Shown here in pieces: positions 58,107 to 64,000 of a DNA stretch of 64,000 nt (positions within the stretch are counted from its first letter, which is position 1; each line of letters starts with the position of its first letter). The notes beneath the pieces were generated by a model. That model was not told the DNA's origin and did no database searches. It worked only from the letters and a program-made list of their open reading frames with translations. The DNA is from an uncultured Christensenella sp. (GTDB taxonomy: Bacteria > Bacillota > Clostridia > Christensenellales > UBA3700). The stretch spans positions 12,800 through 76,799 of the forward strand of contig CASFWW010000002.1 in NCBI GenBank assembly GCA_949298505.1, in the 5' to 3' direction. Made by a program: the position numbers and the translations under genes.

Positions 58107-58276
58107 CTTTGGCAGCATATTTATTACAGAGTTTTCAGCGCAGGTATTACCCGCAAACTTTCCGCGTTTAGCCTGAAATTCGTTTGAGTATAGATTTAGC
58201 AAATCTAATTCCTATAATTACGTTTCATGTCGGATAAAGAACTGAAGCAACTAATTTTTTAGTGAATAATTATAGT

Positions 58277-58314
58277 AAAATATCGTTTTTAGGTCTTTTG
58301 ACCTAAAAACGATA
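58277..58314 (-). terminator. 34-bp perfect palindrome (15-bp stem, TTTT loop) followed by a T-run on the minus strand; also carries one copy of the AGGTC-N4-GACCT motif
   Basis: tatcgtttttaggtc tttt gacctaaaaacgata at 58281-58314. The minus-strand continuation is ttttac. Confidence 0.5.
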
Positions 58315-58449
58315 GGGCGAAAACGTAAATTTATTATTAGCTTTGCAGATAACGGTCAGGTTGGCATACTTTAACAAATATAATTGCTTATCTAAGCGGA
58401 AATAATCGAGATCAAGTAAAAAACTGCGGATTTTTATATAATCAAATGG

Positions 58450-58695
58450 TCAGACGCTTTTTCTCACAAGGCGAGAGAAGTCGAGTTTTCTCGTGATTTC
58501 CGTAACGCCGAAAATCTCGTCGGGAGTAATACCGAGCGTTTCGTAAATTTTCACTATGTTGTCATATCCGGGCTTCTTTTTTCCGGATTTCCATTGACCT
58601 ATCGTGGTTTGGTTTACGTCAAGAAGATCGGCAAGTTCGCCCTGATTTATCTTGCTGTAAAACATTATGTCGCGTATGATTTCAGGAAATTCCAT
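58450..58695 (-). CDS. XRE-family helix-turn-helix transcriptional regulator (81 aa)
   Basis: INQGELADLLDVNQTTIGQWKSGKKKP is a canonical HTH_3 core. Confidence 0.85.
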   Translation of the reverse strand: MEFPEIIRDIMFYSKINQGELADLLDVNQTTIGQWKSGKKKPGYDNIVKIYETLGITPDEIFGVTEITRKLDFSRLVRKSV

Positions 58696-58770
58696 ATTGA
58701 CAATCCTTATTTTATCCGTATTTTTATATAAATATTATTTAATTAATTCAACTTGATTATAATTGACTTT

Positions 58771-59022
58771 AGGTCAAAAGACTTGACATAGGTCAAAAGA
58801 CCTAATATAATATCAGTAGTAATATTTTGAAAGACTTGATTCAGGTAGAAGACTTGATTGGGGCAGAAGACAGGACATTGGTAAACAGACTTAATTCAGG
58901 TTAAAAAATTTGTTTTAGGTCAAAAGACTTAAGATAATACCTATGTAGATATATTAAAAAGCCTGACATAATATCGATGCTAATAGGTCAAAAAATTTGA
59001 TTCAGGTCAAAAGACCTAAAGT
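58771..59022. repeat. iteron/operator-like array: about 9 copies of a 19-bp unit AGGTCAAAAGACTTGATTC (core AGGTCAAAAGACYT)
   Basis: Good copies at 58771-58784, 58790-58803, 58917-58930 and 59004-59017. 58985-58998 has 2 mismatches. Degenerate copies start at 58843, 58862, 58880 and 58898. Confidence 0.8.
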
Positions 59023-59226
59023 TGGCAGAGTATATAATGTATTGATCGGAAACAGGAAAAGATTCTTCAAAGCGATGAAAACAGGTGAAAATTAATTATT
59101 TTGCCAAACATTGAAACGTACAGCAAAAAGTTGTCGTCGACTTTTATAAATAACGTATCATAATATATTCAGGGGGTTCGAATATTTTTATATTTTGAAA
59201 TTTCGAGCCGTAATTAGGAGGAATTT

Positions 59227-61857
59227 ATGATTTGCAAAAAATGCGGCACTGAGTTTGACGGGGCATTTTGTCCCAGGTGTGGGGAGAGGGCAGAAGAAAA
59301 ACTGACTGTCTGCCCCGTATGCGGCAAAGAGAGAGCTGAAGGCGAGACGTTCTGCTCAAAATGCGGATATTCTTATGAAAATGCGCGCGCGTCGAAAGAA
59401 AAAGTCACGCGTAAAAAAGTTGACTTTTCAAAGGTCAAAAAAGCGTTTGAAGACAAGTATTGGATCATACCTTCGGCGGGAAGGTTGCTTTTAGGAGTGC
59501 TCGTTCTTCTCAGTCTGATAGCGCCCGTGATAACTCACGCGGGCGTGAATACTGCGGGCAACGGTTACGTAAACGCGTTCGGCGTAAACGTAACGACGAC
59601 GTATACTGTGTGTTGCGCCGCGCTTCTGATTGCAGGTGTTTACACTCTTGTTTACGGCGCTTATACGCTCATTCGCGCGTTTATGCGTCGTTACTTTGAT
59701 GTAGGCAAAAAGTTGTATTATATACTTGACGGCGTTTTATGCGTTATCGTTGCGGTGATAGGCTGTATCGGCTGTGCGGGCGCGGGAGACTGGTATGCAG
59801 ACGCAGGTGCGGGACTTAGTTTGTGCGTATTTGTCGGAATAGCGGGCGTAGCGTTGCTGTGCCTAAGGATATTATACGAAAACAAGTGGTTTGACAAAAA
59901 GCTCGCCTCGGAAGATCCGCTGAACAGTGAGAGCGACAGGACGCGCGAAAAGAAGCTGAACAAGCCGTACGGCATTACCGTTTCGGTAATAAGCGCGGCT
60001 CTTGTTATAGCGATAGCGATAACGTCGGCGGTATCAATCCTGTATAAAAGCCCGTTTAATTTTACGGCAAGCGGTTTTGCAGAAACGAGAGCAGACGTTA
60101 TAAAGCAGTTCGGCGTTCCTGAGGGCGCAGGCGAAAACGACTCTTCTTTTACCTATTACAGCAGCGAATACACCAACATCGACAAGATGATCGAAGCTTT
60201 GCAGACGGCGCAGGAAGAGGCGTCGGAAGATATCGACGAGGATATAGGCGAGGACTTTGACGAAGGAGATCTTGAAGACGCGTTCGGAGAGGACGAAAAG
60301 TACGAAATCGCCATTGACAGTTTGAAAGAAAAGAAAGAAAAGCTCGTTTACAAAAAGACGACCGTTACTTTCGATAACTACGGCGGAATCGACAGAAAAG
60401 GGGACGGAATAACGTCTTATATCTGCGAGGTTGTAGATCCTGAAGGCGGAGAAAAAACGCTTAAAAGTATAGACTTGTCGGGAAGCTTTTACATAGAATA
60501 CGAAGACAAAGCGATCCTGTCGTACGTTGCGCAATATGCGGACGGAAGTTTTATCAAAAGTAACGCAACTTTGAGAAGCGAACATTTTGATAAAGAAGCG
60601 AATGAATACGTTTTTACCGACAGTCTGGGGAAATACACCGTAAAATATAACGATCTGACGTTTATCGGTAAGGACTGCGGATATTATATGACGGGAAAAA
60701 CGTTGCATATCCTTTCTTATTTCGACGGAATATTGGAAAAAGGTTTCGATATCGACAATGTGGAGAGAATAGAAATAGAGGAAGGTCTGACAGAGTTTGA
60801 TTGCTTGCTTATGCGCGAGGACGGAAATTTGGAAATGATCAAGTTCAAAAACTTGAAAAGCATGACCGTTCCTTCAACGTTGACGTCGTTCAATATTTCA
60901 CTGATAGAGAACAGTAAATTTTATAATGACGAGTCGAACTGGGACGAAGGGCACGTCTTGTATGTCGGCGGTATGCTTGTCTATGATAACGAAGAACTGA
61001 GTGATTACGCGATAAGAGAGGGCACGACCGCTATTAACGACTCAGTCTTCAACAGTGTGGAGATGAACTCGCTGTATGTTCCGGAAAGCGTAAAGTACGT
61101 AAGCCCCGATTCGTTTAACAATTGCAAAATAGGACAAATAACGTTGCCTGCGACACTGATAGAAACGTTTAAAGATGTAAAATTCGACAGTATTACGGTA
61201 ACAGGCGAGGGAGAGATACCTGAGTCCGCATTCGCAGGGCGCAGTTCGCTTACCAAAGTAATAATTTCCGACGGAGTGACCTCAATAGGCGACGGTGCGT
61301 TCAGGTCGTGCTCATCGCTTACAAGCGTATCAATATCTGCAAGCGTCACGAACATTGGGAATAACGTCTTTGAAGATTGCCATTCGCTTGCAGATATAAC
61401 GGTAGAAGAAGGTAACTCCACGTATAAATCGGCAGGAAATTGCTTAATAGACAAATCGACAAAGACTTTGATAAAGGGTTTTAAAACGAGTATTATACCC
61501 GATGACGGAAGCGTGACGAGCATCGGAGCTTATGCGTTTGCAGGGCTTTCTACGCTTGAAAGTATAGCGATACCTGACGGTGTGACTAAGATCGGCGAAT
61601 ACGCGTTTTACGATTGCAGTTCGCTTGTCGACGTGACAATTGCGGGCAGCGTTAACTATATAGGCTATTATGCGTTCGCCGGTGAAACCGTACTTAAATG
61701 CGCAAAGTTTGATATTACAGAAGGATGGGCGGTATATTTACGTTCATCCTCGTCTGATAAAATTTATAATAGTTTTTCTTCGTCAGATCTTTCCGATTGT
61801 TCTAAGGCAGGCTTGCTTCTGCATAATTACTACGATTGCTATTGGAAACGCGGATAA
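59227..61857 (+). CDS. double zinc-ribbon / multi-TM / leucine-rich-repeat (BspA-like) membrane protein (876 aa)
   Basis: N-terminus CKKCG..CPRCG..CPVCG..CSKCG. Several TM helices at about aa 85-290. C-terminal LRR units (VTSIGDGAFRSCSSLTSVSI, VTKIGEYAFYDCSSLVDVTI). AGGAGG RBS. Confidence 0.85.
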   Translation: MICKKCGTEFDGAFCPRCGERAEEKLTVCPVCGKERAEGETFCSKCGYSYENARASKEKVTRKKVDFSKVKKAFEDKYWIIPSAGRLLLGVLVLLSLIAPVITHAGVNTAGNGYVNAFGVNVTTTYTVCCAALLIAGVYTLVYGAYTLIRAFMRRYFDVGKKLYYILDGVLCVIVAVIGCIGCAGAGDWYADAGAGLSLCVFVGIAGVALLCLRILYENKWFDKKLASEDPLNSESDRTREKKLNKPYGITVSVISAALVIAIAITSAVSILYKSPFNFTASGFAETRADVIKQFGVPEGAGENDSSFTYYSSEYTNIDKMIEALQTAQEEASEDIDEDIGEDFDEGDLEDAFGEDEKYEIAIDSLKEKKEKLVYKKTTVTFDNYGGIDRKGDGITSYICEVVDPEGGEKTLKSIDLSGSFYIEYEDKAILSYVAQYADGSFIKSNATLRSEHFDKEANEYVFTDSLGKYTVKYNDLTFIGKDCGYYMTGKTLHILSYFDGILEKGFDIDNVERIEIEEGLTEFDCLLMREDGNLEMIKFKNLKSMTVPSTLTSFNISLIENSKFYNDESNWDEGHVLYVGGMLVYDNEELSDYAIREGTTAINDSVFNSVEMNSLYVPESVKYVSPDSFNNCKIGQITLPATLIETFKDVKFDSITVTGEGEIPESAFAGRSSLTKVIISDGVTSIGDGAFRSCSSLTSVSISASVTNIGNNVFEDCHSLADITVEEGNSTYKSAGNCLIDKSTKTLIKGFKTSIIPDDGSVTSIGAYAFAGLSTLESIAIPDGVTKIGEYAFYDCSSLVDVTIAGSVNYIGYYAFAGETVLKCAKFDITEGWAVYLRSSSSDKIYNSFSSSDLSDCSKAGLLLHNYYDCYWKRG

Positions 61858-61881
61858 TAAAAGACGTAGCTGAAAACATAA

Positions 61882-61915
61882 ACGGACCCGGGTAAAATGC
61901 CCGGGTCCGTTTTTT
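61882..61915. terminator. strong rho-independent terminator (11-bp GC-rich stem)
   Basis: acggacccggg taaaatg cccgggtccgt, then TTTTT. Confidence 0.9.
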
Positions 61916-61959
61916 AATCGGTCGTATTTATAAAAACGCGCGCCTAAGCGGCAAAACAA

Positions 61960-62907
61960 TCACGCCGCGCCGCCGATCGCCTGCAATATCAGCGTCATTA
62001 CGGGCAGGGTAGCCACGCTGAAGACGGTGCCGAGAAGAACGAGGTTGGCGGCGTTTTCCTGACCTTCGCCGAGCATTTCGGCAAAGTTGAGGACGACGCT
62101 GGCGACGGGCGCCGCGCAGAGAATGAACATTGAATATTTGACGTACTGTTCGAACGGCAAAAACCATATGAGAAGCATGCCGATGAACGGGAAGATCATC
62201 TGTTTTACAAATACTATCGCGTATTGAGACGGGGTGCAGAAAAGAGACTTCGGCTTTACCGTGGCAAGGCGCATACCCATTATCAGCATACACATAGGGG
62301 TCGACATTTTGCCCAGAAGAGTAAATATGCCCGCTACTTTTTCAGGCAGTCTCCAGGTCGTGAAGAAAAGCGGCAGGCAGATTATCATCGCTATTGCCGC
62401 GGGGTTTACAATCGCTTTCCACGGCTTGATATATTTTTTGTCGCGCGTTATTATCGCGGAGCCGATCGTCCAGCCGAATATGTTCATGCCGAGGAGATAG
62501 GAGACTGAAAGTATCGTTACGTTGGGGTTGTCGGGGAAGAGAGCCTGTAAAAGGGGTACGCCCATGAACGCGCAGTTTCCGAAGCTGGTCGCCACGTTGT
62601 ACACGCGGTATTTGACGTCGTCATATTTCTTGCGAAGAATGAGAAAGGCAAGCCCGAGCATTATCGCCTGCGCCGCCATCGAGATGAAGAAAAACCCGAT
62701 TATCTGAATGATCAGTTCTTTGGTATATTCGGGCACCGCGTTGACCGAGTAAACGGTCAGGCACGGACTGCACACATACATCAGTATGACGGCAAACGAA
62801 GATATGCTCACAGGTTTTATCAGCTTTGCCTTTACTGAAATAAAGCCCGGTACGGCGTAGACCAGCATGGTCGCGACCGCGATCAGCGTTGTGATGAAAA
62901 ACTCCAT
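61960..62907 (-). CDS. AEC (auxin efflux carrier) family transporter
   Basis: About 10 TM helices and a typical AEC layout. ATG 62907 is preceded by AGAGGAG; the listed start 62934 is 9 codons upstream. Confidence 0.8.
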   Translation of the reverse strand: MEFFITTLIAVATMLVYAVPGFISVKAKLIKPVSISSFAVILMYVCSPCLTVYSVNAVPEYTKELIIQIIGFFFISMAAQAIMLGLAFLILRKKYDDVKYRVYNVATSFGNCAFMGVPLLQALFPDNPNVTILSVSYLLGMNIFGWTIGSAIITRDKKYIKPWKAIVNPAAIAMIICLPLFFTTWRLPEKVAGIFTLLGKMSTPMCMLIMGMRLATVKPKSLFCTPSQYAIVFVKQMIFPFIGMLLIWFLPFEQYVKYSMFILCAAPVASVVLNFAEMLGEGQENAANLVLLGTVFSVATLPVMTLILQAIGGAA

Positions 62908-62969
62908 AAACTCCTCTTTGCGCCGATATCGCAAGCGGCGCGCGCGTATATGCTTGATTGACCAAAGGT

Positions 62970-62998
62970 ATTATATTACCGCGCGCAAAAACAGTCAA
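62970..62998 (-). promoter_or_regulatory. promoter TTGACT-17-TATAAT (minus) of the AEC transporter gene
   Basis: Reverse complement: -35 at 62993-62998, -10 at 62970-62975. Confidence 0.55.
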
Positions 62999-63093
62999 AT
63001 AAAAGTAAGGGGCAAAATATGGATTTTTTGAAAGGATAGAGAGGATGAGAACATACGGTTTGTCCATAAACTAAAAGGCGAAAAAATGAAATG

Positions 63094-63132
63094 AAAAAGC
63101 CGCCTTCCTTTAGCGGGAAAGCGGCGGATTTT
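63094..63132 (-). terminator. rho-independent terminator of the rbr-hrb operon (usable from both strands)
   Basis: gccgccttcc (63099-63108) / gggaaagcggc (63115-63125), flanked by aaaaa and tttttt. Confidence 0.65.
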
Positions 63133-63145
63133 TTAAACAACGGCT

Positions 63146-63778
63146 TTATTTTTTGACAAATGCCGATTTGGGTTGCTTGCAGACGGGGCATCTGAAATCT
63201 TCGGGAAGATCTTCAAACGGAGTCTCTCCGTCGTATACGTAGCCGCACACGGAGCATACCCATTTGCCTTTCTCCTGCTTTTCTTCGATATAGGTCGGCG
63301 CATTCTTGGCAGTCTTGCCTTTTATGACGTTGTGGTAATAAGCGTAAGTCATCGGGGGCTTGTTTTCAAGGACGTCCGCATCGGTAACTTTTCCCAAAAA
63401 TACCGTGTGCGTGTCTGTTTCAAGCGTTTTTTCCACTTCGCAGACTATATACGCAGCGGCGTTGTCAACTATGGGCATCATGCCTTTTACCGAATAGTCG
63501 ACCTTATCGAATTTATTCGTATCTTTGCCTGAAGAGAAGCCGAAAGTGCCGATTATGTCGGGTGCGGACTGTTCATGCAGAACGCTTACCGCAAACCTTT
63601 TGCTTCTTTCGATACATTTGTGGGTATAGTTGTTTTTGTTCACGCTTACGGCGATCGTAGCGGGTGAGGACGTTATCTGCATAACGCTGTTTACGGTGCA
63701 ACCCGTAGGTCTGCCGTTATCCCACGCGCTTAAAATATAAACGCCGTAACTTAATGCGCGGAAAGCCGAATTGTTCAT
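63146..63778 (-). CDS. flavin reductase-like FMN-binding domain fused to a C-terminal rubredoxin (high-molecular-weight rubredoxin, Hrb-like)
   Basis: N-terminus [11 protein letters not shown]...GCTVNSV (flavin reductase fold). C-terminus [35 protein letters not shown]. Confidence 0.85.
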   Translation of the reverse strand: MNNSAFRALSYGVYILSAWDNGRPTGCTVNSVMQITSSPATIAVSVNKNNYTHKCIERSKRFAVSVLHEQSAPDIIGTFGFSSGKDTNKFDKVDYSVKGMMPIVDNAAAYIVCEVEKTLETDTHTVFLGKVTDADVLENKPPMTYAYYHNVIKGKTAKNAPTYIEEKQEKGKWVCSVCGYVYDGETPFEDLPEDFRCPVCKQPKSAFVKK

Positions 63779-63779
63779 A

Positions 63780-64000
63780 TCAATAGTTTTTGCTTCTCAG
63801 TTGGAAATATGCCTGCGGATGAGCGCAAACGGGGCATACTTCGGGCGCTTCTTTTCCGACGTGGATATGTCCGCAGTTGTTGCAGATCCATTCGTTTTCG
63901 CCGACCTTCTTGAATACTTCGCCTTTTTCGATATTCGCGAGCAGGGCGCGGTATCTTTCTTCGTGCTCCTTTTCGATAGCGGCAACGCCGTCGAAAAGCT
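63780..64000 (-). CDS. rbr: rubrerythrin, 3' part (5' end beyond the window)
   Basis: Not in the ORF track because there is no Met in the window. Minus-strand translation gives ...[67 protein letters not shown]. Stop at 63780-63782, one nt before the Hrb ATG. Confidence 0.8.
   Translation of the reverse strand, partial: LFDGVAAIEKEHEERYRALLANIEKGEVFKKVGENEWICNNCGHIHVGKEAPEVCPVCAHPQAYFQLRSKNY

Noticed and set aside
58771-59022. Whether the repeat array is a CRISPR array
   Set aside because: The repeats are 14-19 bp, degenerate, mostly abutting without unique spacers of 30-40 bp, and no cas genes or leader are present. An operator- or iteron-like interpretation fits better.
59175-59183. GGTTCGAAT (tRNA T-loop-like) upstream of the LRR gene
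   Set aside because: There is no acceptor, D or anticodon arms around it. It is an isolated match in an AT-rich leader.
59421-59450. Partial copy of the XRE-array motif (GACTTTTCAAAGGTCAAAAAAG) inside the LRR gene
   Set aside because: It is only a half-site-level resemblance within a Lys-rich coding stretch (KKVDFSKVKKAF). It cannot be distinguished from chance.
63797-63985. 62-aa minus-strand ORF from the track ([10 protein letters not shown]...)
   Set aside because: It is in the wrong frame. Another minus-strand frame encodes a clean rubrerythrin C-terminus (CNNCGHIH...CPVCAHP) that runs off the window.

Overview
This 64-kb window reads as chromosomal DNA from a strictly anaerobic Firmicutes/Clostridia-type genome. 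That placement is an inference from gene content: glgD, reverse rubrerythrin, adhE with a Rex box, and sigma-A consensus promoters. GC looks roughly 50% by eye; nothing was computed. I support 41 protein-coding genes and found no rRNA, tRNA, CRISPR array, transposase or integrase.

Most of the window is core metabolism:
- A complete glycogen operon, glgB-glgC-glgD-glgA-glgP-GH13 (26.6-37.2 kb).
- gap, fba, adhE and gdh.
- A plsY-ychF-argS block, plus an M29 aminopeptidase downstream that may be read through from argS (no clear promoter or terminator between them).
- An ABC-F factor, a ClC channel, and apbE with a NusG-II gene.
- Two oxidative-stress modules: Fur/PerR-like regulator with reverse rubrerythrin, and rubrerythrin with a flavin-reductase-rubredoxin fusion.

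Two regions look accessory:
1. The first 14 kb is a tightly packed cluster with two tandem giant surface proteins (2086 and 2215 aa). Each has GLUG motifs, Ig/MBG-like repeats and a hydrophobic helix at both termini. A lipoprotein gene follows.
2. A visibly AT-richer module at 57.1-61.9 kb carries a metallophosphoesterase, a lone 81-aa XRE regulator and a zinc-ribbon/TM/leucine-rich-repeat protein. The XRE gene sits inside an iteron-like array of about 10 copies of AGGTCAAAAGACYT.

Other points worth a second look:
- A roughly 146-aa Lys/Ala/Glu-rich extension fused to GlgA.
- A textbook Rex operator on the adhE promoter and a 7-1-7 Fur-type box at the perR-like promoter.
- Three genes whose consensus promoters leave essentially no leader (candidate leaderless mRNAs).
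- An orphan consensus promoter driving a roughly 400-nt antisense-oriented transcript with a 22-codon ORF upstream of adhE.

I see no recognisable defence system or mobile-element machinery. The candidates above are offered as leads, not as demonstrated novel systems. All family calls come from motif recognition by eye, with no database search.
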